From assembly GCA_048938025.1 (NCBI GenBank), contig JBHLMP010000070.1, positions 1-13,302 of the forward strand: 13,302 nt of DNA, in the 5' to 3' direction. The translations under genes and the position numbers were made by a program. The notes below the pieces were generated by a model. The model saw nothing but the letters and a program-made list of their open reading frames with translations. It was not told where the DNA came from and did not search any database. This DNA is from Promethearchaeota archaeon (GTDB taxonomy: Archaea; Asgardarchaeota; Lokiarchaeia; Sigyniarchaeales; SOKP01). Of the stretch, positions 1 to 7,629 are shown in pieces (positions within the stretch are counted from its first letter, which is position 1; each line of letters begins with the position of its first letter).

Positions 1-275
1 CTTTTTGGCGCTTGTGTTATAATTTTTCTAACAATCTCTTCATTGCATAATCCATCTCCTGCAATTAAGGTATCTTTTATATGGTTCTCAAAATTATCGT
101 TTTCATTCCACACACAAGCAATACCACCTTGAGCATAAAACGTATTAGATTCTTTGAGGCTCTCCTTAGTAATTAAAAGTATTTCTTGATCTGGCCTTAA
201 TTTCGCTAGTTTTATTGCTAATGATAATCCGGAGATTCCACCTCCAATTATTAAAATATCAGTTTTAATCTTCAA
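1..275 (-). CDS. nadB: L-aspartate oxidase, 5' part (runs off the left edge; not in the ORF track)
   Basis: Manual translation from TTG at 275: MKIKTDILIIGGGISGLSLAIKLAKLRPDQEILLITKESLKESNTFYAQGGIACVWNENDNFENHIKDTLIAGDGLCNEEIVRKIITQAPK. It shows the FAD-binding GxGxxG plus the SNTxYAQGGIA and HIxDTLxAGxGLC motifs of NadB, and the frame is open to the edge. Confidence 0.9.
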   Translation of the reverse strand, partial: MKIKTDILIIGGGISGLSLAIKLAKLRPDQEILLITKESLKESNTFYAQGGIACVWNENDNFENHIKDTLIAGDGLCNEEIVRKIITQAPK

Positions 276-373
276 AGAGCTCCAAAATTTCCTAATTATT
301 ATTATAAATATATTTTTAATATCCTTAATATAAATGACAATTAATAGTTTTTTCCTAAATGATATCTTTTTAA
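121..373. repeat. Left copy of a diverged direct repeat (nadB 5' end plus upstream region)
   Basis: 121-280 aligns to 12192-12350 at 137/160 identities by hand, with one 1-nt gap. Similarity continues upstream (ttaatatccttaatataaatgacaattaatag vs ttaatatcctaaatataaatgacaattaataa) across indels. Confidence 0.93.
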
Positions 374-499
374 TTCATTAATATTCTCTTGAACCATTTC
401 GACATTTTGCACTTGTTATAATTGGTTAAAAAAATTTAAACTTTCTTCAAAATTAATCATAGCATTATGATAATCTCCAGATAATTCTTTTTCCATCAT
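370..499 (-). pseudogene. Possible relic of the C-terminus of a TPR-like protein
   Basis: Minus frame reads MMEKELSGDYHNAMINFEESLNFFNQL*QVQNVEMVQENINEL. The G-x-Y-x2-A-x3-F-EE-S-L pattern resembles TPR helix B, and there is an in-frame TAA at 416-418. Confidence 0.35.
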
Positions 500-576
500 A
501 TTTATTCCCTGAAATTCTCAATCCAAATTTATTGATGATTTACTTTTTTTTTAAAAAAGAATTAACTTTTTTGGAA

Positions 577-591
577 TAAAAAGTTTAAATA
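577..591 (+). promoter_or_regulatory. Candidate archaeal BRE/TATA for kdgK-BKACE
   Basis: Purine run followed by TTTAAATA (584-591), about 80 nt upstream of the ATG. Weak evidence in this AT-rich background. Confidence 0.3.
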
Positions 592-673
592 TTTCAATAT
601 ATCATTACAAATAATTAATTATTACAGAAAAAACCATAAATTCAAGATTAAAAAGCTCAGAGAGAGATTCATA

Positions 674-1711
674 ATGAGCGGAAAAGTTGTTACTTTTGGA
701 GAAATAATGCTTAGACTTTCCCCCCCTAATTTTAAACGATTTATCCAAACTCGTTCTTTTGATGTAATATATGGTGGAGGTGAAGCTAATGTTGCAGTAT
801 CTTTAGCTAATTATGGAATTCCTGTTGATTATATAACTAAATTGCCCAATAATGAAATCGGTGATGCTTGTATTCAATTCCTTAGACAATTTGGTGTGAA
901 TACGAAGAATATTGTGAGAGGAGGGAATAGAATTGGAATTTATTATCTCGAAATGGGATCTTCTATTCGACCAAGTAAGGTTATTTATGATAGAGCCAAT
1001 TCTGCCATTTCAGAAGCAAATTCTCAAGATTTTAATTGGCACGAGATATTTAAAGGAGTAACCTGGTTTCATTGGACGGGTATTACACCAGCAATTTCTC
1101 AAAATTTAGCAAATATTTGTCTTGAAGCTGTAAAGGTTGCTAAAGAAAAAGAAATCACAGTTTCATGTGATTTAAATTACCGGAGTAAACTTTGGAAATA
1201 TGGAAAAGAACCCAAAGAAATTATGCCTGAATTGGTTAAATATTGTGATGTTGTGATAGGAAATGAAGAGGATGCAGAGAAAGTTTTAGGTATCAAAGCT
1301 CCAGATACAAATGTGACGACGGGAAAGCTAGATGCCGCAAATTTTAGATTTGTAGTTGAAGAAATAGTAAAACAATATCCAAATCTAAAAAGAGTGGCAA
1401 TAACTCTTAGAGGATCAATTTCTGCAAGCTATAATACATGGTCAGCTATATTATATGATGGAAATAATATGTATATAGGCCTTCAATATGAAATAACACC
1501 AATTGTTGATAGAGTAGGTGGAGGTGATTCTTTCATGGGAGGCTTAATTTATGGATTACTCACATACAAAGAAGATCTTCAAAATGCACTTAACTTTGCT
1601 GTTGCTGCCTCCTGTCTAAAACACACGATCTTAGGCGATTTTAATTTAGTTTCGGTGGATGAAGTTCTTAAGTTAATGGGCGGGGATACCTCTGGACGTG
1701 TTTCAAGATAA
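674..1711 (+). CDS. kdgK: 2-keto-3-deoxygluconate kinase (PfkB family)
   Basis: VVTFGEIMLRL N-terminus, GGGEANVA, YDRANSA, DLNYRSKLW, PfkB signature DRVGGGDSF and a GRVSR C-terminus, all typical of bacterial-type KdgK. Confidence 0.9.
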   Translation: MSGKVVTFGEIMLRLSPPNFKRFIQTRSFDVIYGGGEANVAVSLANYGIPVDYITKLPNNEIGDACIQFLRQFGVNTKNIVRGGNRIGIYYLEMGSSIRPSKVIYDRANSAISEANSQDFNWHEIFKGVTWFHWTGITPAISQNLANICLEAVKVAKEKEITVSCDLNYRSKLWKYGKEPKEIMPELVKYCDVVIGNEEDAEKVLGIKAPDTNVTTGKLDAANFRFVVEEIVKQYPNLKRVAITLRGSISASYNTWSAILYDGNNMYIGLQYEITPIVDRVGGGDSFMGGLIYGLLTYKEDLQNALNFAVAASCLKHTILGDFNLVSVDEVLKLMGGDTSGRVSR

Positions 1712-1724
1712 TTAATCCAAGAGG

Positions 1725-2543
1725 ATGAATAAGATAATGAATAAAAATCAAAAGTTAATTATTACTGCTACTACAGCAAATTCATGGATATATCCTGAAG
1801 TTAAGAATTGGCCACAGACAATTGATCAATTAGTCGATGATGTTGTGGCCTGTTATGAGGCTGGTGCTGCGATTATCCATGTTCATCTCCCAAGGGGAGA
1901 AGAAGTTGAAACTGTGAGGCGTATACGGGAAAATTGTGATGTTCTTATCCAAGCTGGTATGTCGAGTGAATCAATCCCTAAAAGAAAAGGTGATTTTGAT
2001 GCCAAACCAGATATGATGTCTGTTATATTAAATCACCATGCTGAACACTTTACTCAAGTAACTGTAGATGTTTTACATCCTTTAGAGGAATTAGAAGAAT
2101 ATTGTGTAAAATGTAAAGCAGCAAATATCCGACCAGAATGGGAAGTTTGGCAACATGGTTCCTATTGGAATTTAAATTATTTAATAGAAAAAGGATTATT
2201 AGAATGGGCAAAACCTCATATCTTAACATTATTTTTTAATTGGCCTGGTGGAACATGGAGTCCTGCTAATTTCGAAGAATATATGCATAGAAAGAGATAT
2301 ATACCACCTAATTCTGTCCATACAGTAAGTGTAATGGGTGAGGATCAAATGAAACTTTTAGTCTTTGTTCTTACACATGGTGGAAACATAAGAATTGGTA
2401 CTGAAGATTATCCTTTTATAAGAAAAGGAGTAACAGCAAAAAATAATGCCGAAATTGTTAAGAATTATGTGAGTATTAGTAAATATCTAGGTCGTGAAAC
2501 AGCAGATCCATCTGAAACTCGTAAAATATTAGGTCTGAAATGA
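1725..2543 (+). CDS. Beta-keto acid cleavage enzyme (BKACE/DUF849, Kce-like), divergent
   Basis: CYEAGAAIIHVH (Zn-binding HxH), RPEWEV, GGNIRIGTED, and a NAEIV...GRETADPSETRKILGL C-terminus. It lies 13 nt after kdgK; the true start may be the ATG at 1737. Confidence 0.85.
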   Translation: MNKIMNKNQKLIITATTANSWIYPEVKNWPQTIDQLVDDVVACYEAGAAIIHVHLPRGEEVETVRRIRENCDVLIQAGMSSESIPKRKGDFDAKPDMMSVILNHHAEHFTQVTVDVLHPLEELEEYCVKCKAANIRPEWEVWQHGSYWNLNYLIEKGLLEWAKPHILTLFFNWPGGTWSPANFEEYMHRKRYIPPNSVHTVSVMGEDQMKLLVFVLTHGGNIRIGTEDYPFIRKGVTAKNNAEIVKNYVSISKYLGRETADPSETRKILGLK

Positions 2544-2581
2544 TTTCCTTATTCTAACTTATAATAAACTTTAAAAAAACT

Positions 2582-2710
2582 TTAACATTAAAAGATGAAT
2601 TAGCCATAATAAAAGGAGCAGGAGCAGAACTAGGGGAATGTGCTACTCTACAATTTGCTAAAAATGAAGTAAAATCAATTTGTAAATCTCTCACTGATTC
2701 AGTAAATTAG
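2582..2710 (+). pseudogene. Decayed N-terminal fragment of an SDR
   Basis: LTLKDELAIIKGAGAELGECATLQFAKNEVKSICKSLTDSVN* aligns without gaps to the SDR at 9695 (MKLKGKVAIITGAGAGIGEATALLFAKEGAKICCNSLTESAK) at 21/42 identities. It has no start codon and stops early. Confidence 0.8.
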
Positions 2711-2837
2711 AACTAAATAATGTTTTTTAAATTATCATTAGTTTCTAGTAAAAGGCAAAAAAGTTTTATAAACACTTAACGCAAAGGTATTATTATCTTA
2801 TCTTCCTCTTATTTTAAACAAAAACTAAAAGAAGTGT

Positions 2838-3737
2838 TTGGAAAAAATGAATGGTTCATTTTATTTATTAGGTGTTTTTTTAGCTATCTTATCTGGAAGT
2901 ATAAATAATATAGGTTTAGTGCTGCAAAAAAAAGTAGTTAATGAAGTATCCCCTGAAGCAAAATTCTTTAGAAGTTTAGTGAAAAAGCCCCTTTGGATAA
3001 CAGGGTTATTAATGGAGCTAGCAATAGGTTCAGTTTTTTTCATGATTGCTCAAATTTATATTGGTCCTGCCTTAATACCAGGCTTGATGGCATTCGGTTT
3101 AATTTTTCTTGCTATAGGATCTGTTAAAATTGTGGGTGAAACTTTAAAAAAGGAAGAAATAATCGGAATTATTTTAATGATTATAGCGATCTTTTTATTA
3201 GGCCTTTCTGAATTAAGTATAGACATCGCTGGCATAAACATTTTAGCTATTGATCTTGTTCTAAACATGATAATCTTTACAATTGTTTTATTTTTAGGTT
3301 CCTTGATATGTGAGATTTTACAGAGAAAAGTTGAAAAATTAAAAGGAATATTATTAGCAATATCCTCAGGATTCCAATTTTCCTTAACTAATTTTTGGAT
3401 CGCACCTCTAATGGCGGTAATTGCTCATGTTTTTGGAGGAAATGCTACTTTAGGCGAACTTTTCTTATTTCTAGCTTGTGCAGTTATTTTAATTGTAGCA
3501 AGTATCCTAGGGATAATGAAAATTTCACAATCATTTCGAGTAGCTAACGCTAGTCGAATGATTCCTATTCAACAAGTACCTATACAAGTTACTCCAATAA
3601 TAGCATACTTTTTTGTTTTTACGCTAACGCCTCCTACATTCTTTCCTATCATTTATGTGATTTTTGGGGTTTCTTTAATCCTATTAAGCTCGTTTCTGCT
3701 AGCAAAAAGGCAAGCACAATTAGAAGCTATAAAGTAA
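2838..3737 (+). CDS. Polytopic membrane protein of the DMT superfamily (NIPA/EamA-like transporter)
   Basis: About 9 hydrophobic segments. The GVFLAILSG..NNIGLVLQKK, PLWITG and GETL..EEIIG patterns are typical of DMT/NIPA-like proteins. Confidence 0.7.
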   Translation: MEKMNGSFYLLGVFLAILSGSINNIGLVLQKKVVNEVSPEAKFFRSLVKKPLWITGLLMELAIGSVFFMIAQIYIGPALIPGLMAFGLIFLAIGSVKIVGETLKKEEIIGIILMIIAIFLLGLSELSIDIAGINILAIDLVLNMIIFTIVLFLGSLICEILQRKVEKLKGILLAISSGFQFSLTNFWIAPLMAVIAHVFGGNATLGELFLFLACAVILIVASILGIMKISQSFRVANASRMIPIQQVPIQVTPIIAYFFVFTLTPPTFFPIIYVIFGVSLILLSSFLLAKRQAQLEAIK

Positions 3738-3747
3738 GGTCATAAAA

Positions 3748-4542
3748 GTGGCAAAAATAATATTCTTCCAACCACATCCGGACGACTTAGAAATAAACTG
3801 TGGGCATCTTATCCATTACCTTGCAATAAAAAGTAAAAATAATCATATTATTAAGATCGCTTCAATCACTAAAGGTGAATATGGCCTTCCTAGTGCTCAA
3901 TATGATAAATTTAAAGGTGATTTGCTTGCAAAAGTCAGAACACGAGAATTGTACAATGCTCAAAGCATTCACGGAATACCTCCAGAAAATATACACTTTT
4001 TTGGATATGTTGATGGTTTAATAGAATTTACCAGAGATTTTGTAAATGAGATTGCTGAATATTTGAAGAAGGAAAAACCTGATGTAATTTTCGCACCAGA
4101 AGCAATTTATACGCCTTATTACCACATGGATCATGTAAATACAGGTAGGGCAATATATTACTGTATTCATAACAAATTAATCAACTTTACTCCAACACTT
4201 TATTTTTACTCAACTTTAAGCCCAAATTTTTTCTTTGGTTTTAAGAAAGAGGGTTTTAATTTAATCGATCAACTACTAGCTTGTCATAAAACACAATTTT
4301 GGTTAATCAATTACGTAAAATGGACTTATAAACCAAAAACAAGATTTGCAGGAAGAAAGTTAAGAGGTTGGAAATATGCCGAGAAATACCGAAGAGTTTA
4401 TTTTCATAAAAATAATGAAAATAAGAATAAACCATCATTGATGGTTAAAATGTTAAGCCATTGGTATTCGAGCATGCCTTGGTTTAAAGCTAAATACCCA
4501 CAAGATGTGTTAGAAGACCTTAAAAAAAAGGGAAAAATCTAA
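3748..4542 (+). CDS. PIG-L/LmbE-family Zn-dependent de-N-acetylase
   Basis: PHPDD, TKGEYG, RTRE, HMDH and CHKTQ motifs; GTG start 10 nt after the transporter stop. Confidence 0.88.
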   Translation: MAKIIFFQPHPDDLEINCGHLIHYLAIKSKNNHIIKIASITKGEYGLPSAQYDKFKGDLLAKVRTRELYNAQSIHGIPPENIHFFGYVDGLIEFTRDFVNEIAEYLKKEKPDVIFAPEAIYTPYYHMDHVNTGRAIYYCIHNKLINFTPTLYFYSTLSPNFFFGFKKEGFNLIDQLLACHKTQFWLINYVKWTYKPKTRFAGRKLRGWKYAEKYRRVYFHKNNENKNKPSLMVKMLSHWYSSMPWFKAKYPQDVLEDLKKKGKI

Positions 4543-4692
4543 TTATTTAAGAAAAATATTAATAATGTTTTTAGTGAAAATAAGTACAATAAAACTATAA
4601 ATAAAACAAAAGCAAAATAACTTCAATATATATCAAAGAACTTAATTATTAATTTGATAATTTAATTACTAAAAGAAAAGAGGTGTATTTTA

Positions 4693-5034
4693 TTGGCCAC
4701 TCTTGAAGAAGTTAAAGAAGCCTTAAATAAATGGGTAAAGATTTTAGACGATCCAGAGATTGCGGATGAATTTGAAGGATTTAATAAAACTATGCAATTT
4801 GAATTTTCAGACTTAAATTATAAATTAAAAATGATTTTTGAAAACAAAACAGCAAGATTAGAGGAAGGTTTTGATGAAAATGCTGAAATGGGTTTAGAAA
4901 TTAATTCTGATCTTTTTGTAGGAATTGCTACCGGTGAAGTTGATCCAATGGAAGCGTTTATGGAAGGAGAACTTAAAACTAAGGGCGATATGAACTCATT
5001 ACAGAAATTAGAAATCTTCATGGATATTGAATAG
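4693..5034 (+). CDS. SCP2 sterol/lipid-binding domain protein (stand-alone)
   Basis: The C-terminal GEVDPMEAFMEGELKTKGDM matches the SCP2 consensus. SD-like GAGGTG precedes a TTG start, and the protein is highly acidic. Confidence 0.85.
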   Translation: MATLEEVKEALNKWVKILDDPEIADEFEGFNKTMQFEFSDLNYKLKMIFENKTARLEEGFDENAEMGLEINSDLFVGIATGEVDPMEAFMEGELKTKGDMNSLQKLEIFMDIE

Positions 5035-5211
5035 CGAAGTTTACTAAGGATTTATTTATTTTTTTCAAATACTGTTTTTTTTGTTTGGGAAAATGAGAAG
5101 ATTTGAAGGAGATAATATGAATTAATTTAAGAATCAAAAATTTAGGAATATTGAAAATAAGTATTTTCATAAGAAAATATATAAAAAAAATTTATTATGG
5201 TATGATGAGAA

Positions 5212-6336
5212 ATGGAACCAATTGGTTTTAATAAAGAAAGAACGTGTAATATTTTAGAAAAGCACGATATAGATGTGCTAATTGCATCTACTCCCGTAAA
5301 TGTTTTTTATTTAACAGGTTTACCAACATTACATGTAGCTCCAAATCCTATTTTATATGTTTTATATAATCAATACCCTAGTTTATCTTTAGTACGGAGA
5401 GACGGTGAGGAAAGTTTGATAACATGGATTAATTTTCGTAGCGTAGATAAATTTTCATGGGTAAGTGATATTCATGGAATAGGATCTCCTAAAGGTGCTA
5501 TGGTATCAGTATCTGATAAGATTGAAAAATGGGGTTTATCAAATAAAAAGATAGGATATGAGTCTCTTATGCCTTCTTATCAATCTGAATATCTTAGGAT
5601 TAGATTTCCAAGTGCTACATTTATCAATGGCGATCAAGCTTTTTTAGATATGCGTTTAATTAAATCTGAAGAGGAGGTAAAACGAATAAAAAAATCAACA
5701 GAAATTTCTGAAAAAGCTATAATTAATATGATTGAAGCATCTTATGAAGGAATTACTGACTTAGAATTATTACAAATCGCCCGGAGAACAATCGTTAATG
5801 AAGGTGCAGAAGGATGGGATCATTTAACAATGAATTTGGGACAATCTGATCCTGAAGCACCAGGAGTAGGAACTACTCTGAAAGCAGGAGATCTTAATAG
5901 ATTTGACATTGGAACTATTTGGAAAGGATATGTCTCAGATGTTAGTCGAGAGTTAGTGATAGGACAGATACCTGAAGGAGCTGAGGAAGTTATGAATAGA
6001 TTGATAAAAGTTCAAGAATTCTGTGAAGAAAATATTCACCCTGATTTAAATATAAAAGAATTGTATAATAATGCTATTAAATTTCATAAATCTTTAACAA
6101 AGAAGGGGAGAGCTTTTATAACGGGCCATAGTATAGGGTTAGAATGTGAGGAAACTCATCTATTTAGCCCAATAAAGAAATTAGATAGATTGTTTGAAGA
6201 GAACATGGTACTTGATATTGAGATCTGGCAGAATTTCAAAAATCAAGGTTTAGTGGGAATTGAAGATTGTTATAGAATAACTAATAATGGGTGTGAGAGG
6301 CTCTCAAGTTTAGATAAGAATATTTTTGTTAAATGA
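5212..6336 (+). CDS. M24 (pita-bread fold) metallohydrolase, Xaa-Pro peptidase/creatinase-like, with an atypical active site
   Basis: Creatinase_N-like N-terminus (NVFYLTG), RLIKSEEE linker, and metal ligands in DIG..YVSD, GHSIG, DIE and IED. Confidence 0.85.
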   Translation: MEPIGFNKERTCNILEKHDIDVLIASTPVNVFYLTGLPTLHVAPNPILYVLYNQYPSLSLVRRDGEESLITWINFRSVDKFSWVSDIHGIGSPKGAMVSVSDKIEKWGLSNKKIGYESLMPSYQSEYLRIRFPSATFINGDQAFLDMRLIKSEEEVKRIKKSTEISEKAIINMIEASYEGITDLELLQIARRTIVNEGAEGWDHLTMNLGQSDPEAPGVGTTLKAGDLNRFDIGTIWKGYVSDVSRELVIGQIPEGAEEVMNRLIKVQEFCEENIHPDLNIKELYNNAIKFHKSLTKKGRAFITGHSIGLECEETHLFSPIKKLDRLFEENMVLDIEIWQNFKNQGLVGIEDCYRITNNGCERLSSLDKNIFVK

Positions 6337-6400
6337 AAAAAAACCTCAAAACCATAAACTATATTAATTAATTAGTGAAAAATTATTGGAGGATAATTGA

Positions 6401-7537
6401 ATGAGTGATTTTGTAAAGTTTGGAGTAATAGGAGCGGGTTCTGCCGTTTGGCGGTTCCATAAGCTAGGTACCAAAAATAATCCGCAAATTAAATTTATTT
6501 CGGGATACGATGTTAACGAGAAGAAATTAGCTAAAGCAGCCAAATATTCGAAGTTAGAATCTTTTTCGAAGTTAGATGACTTTTTAAAAAGTGATATTGA
6601 TGCTGTTATGGTTTTAGTGCCACACTATCTACACAAAGATTTAGTTATTGCTGTGGCTGAGGCTGGAAAACATGTCATCTGTGAAAAACCTATGGCGACC
6701 ACGCTTGAGGAATGTGATGAGATGATAGCAGTAACTAAAAAAGCTGGTATAAAGTTTATGATAGCTGAGAATCATAGATTCCTACCAGCCCATTTATTTA
6801 TAAAAGATGCAATAGAGCGTGGATTTATTGGTGATGTATTTCTTGGTCGAACTTATGAAGGTGCCTATGCTAGTTCGCAATTCTTTGATACTGATAATTG
6901 GAGTTTTACCTACACCAAGGGTGGTGGCGGTGTAGTTTCAGATCAAGGAGTCCATAAATTTACTATGTTAAATTGGTTTCTTGGGGAAGTAGATTCAGCT
7001 CAATGTTGGTTAAGTAAAACTTTGAAATCTCCCCCAAATAAAGGAGAAGATACTGCCATAATTCTATTGCGTTATAAATGTGGAGCTACTGTGACTGTTG
7101 ATATTTCCTCTAGTACGGTGCATCCGCTTACGAATAAAACAGAATTGCATGGAACTAAGGGTACTATTTTTGAAGATCATGACTGGGAAAGACCAGTTAA
7201 ATTATTTTCGTCACATCCTGAGGCTGAGGTTAAGGGAGAGTTTTATAGTCCGCAAATTGAACACGGACCATTTCCTGACTATTATAAAATTTCTATGGGT
7301 CATGAAGATGCATATTTTGCTGAATGTATTTTAGAAGATAAGAAACCAGAATTTACACCAGAAGAGGCAAGGCAAGGTGTTGCAGTGGTTCTCTTAGCAT
7401 ATCTATCCGCCAAAAACGGAAGAACGACTTCGATGGATGAATTAATGGAAATTTATAAAAAAGAAGGTACAAGAAGCATATTAGAAGGGCTTGGAGAAGT
7501 AACACAAAAAAATTATAAAAATCTAAATTGGGATTAA
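6401..7537 (+). CDS. Gfo/Idh/MocA family NAD(P)-dependent oxidoreductase
   Basis: GVIGAG Rossmann motif, AGKHVICEKP, GGGVVSDQGVH; SD GGAGG upstream. Confidence 0.92.
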   Translation: MSDFVKFGVIGAGSAVWRFHKLGTKNNPQIKFISGYDVNEKKLAKAAKYSKLESFSKLDDFLKSDIDAVMVLVPHYLHKDLVIAVAEAGKHVICEKPMATTLEECDEMIAVTKKAGIKFMIAENHRFLPAHLFIKDAIERGFIGDVFLGRTYEGAYASSQFFDTDNWSFTYTKGGGGVVSDQGVHKFTMLNWFLGEVDSAQCWLSKTLKSPPNKGEDTAIILLRYKCGATVTVDISSSTVHPLTNKTELHGTKGTIFEDHDWERPVKLFSSHPEAEVKGEFYSPQIEHGPFPDYYKISMGHEDAYFAECILEDKKPEFTPEEARQGVAVVLLAYLSAKNGRTTSMDELMEIYKKEGTRSILEGLGEVTQKNYKNLNWD

Positions 7538-7629
7538 AAAAAAACTTATGAAATCTTTTTTTCTTTTAAATAATCTAATTCTATTCCTATATTTGAATAT
7601 AAAGTATATGTTAATTGTTTAAAATAAAT

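Noticed and set aside
2861-3268. Two short minus-strand ORFs (60 and 70 aa)
   Set aside because: Antisense shadows of the DMT membrane protein gene, with no motifs.
4543-4692. AT-only palindromes and TATA-like words in intergenic spacers (e.g. ttaattattaa, aaactata)
   Set aside because: Expected by chance at this AT content, and no convincing shared operator could be established without motif statistics.
4818-5021. 67-aa minus-strand ORF
   Set aside because: Antisense to the well-supported SCP2 gene; its Ser/Pro-rich composition is typical of a shadow frame.
5105-5145. SD-like GAAGGAG followed by ATG AAA TTA ATT TAA
   Set aside because: Only 4 codons. It could be another gene relic but is too short to support.
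7098-7334. 78-aa alternative-frame ORF
   Set aside because: Nested in the Gfo/Idh/MocA gene with no RBS or recognisable domain.
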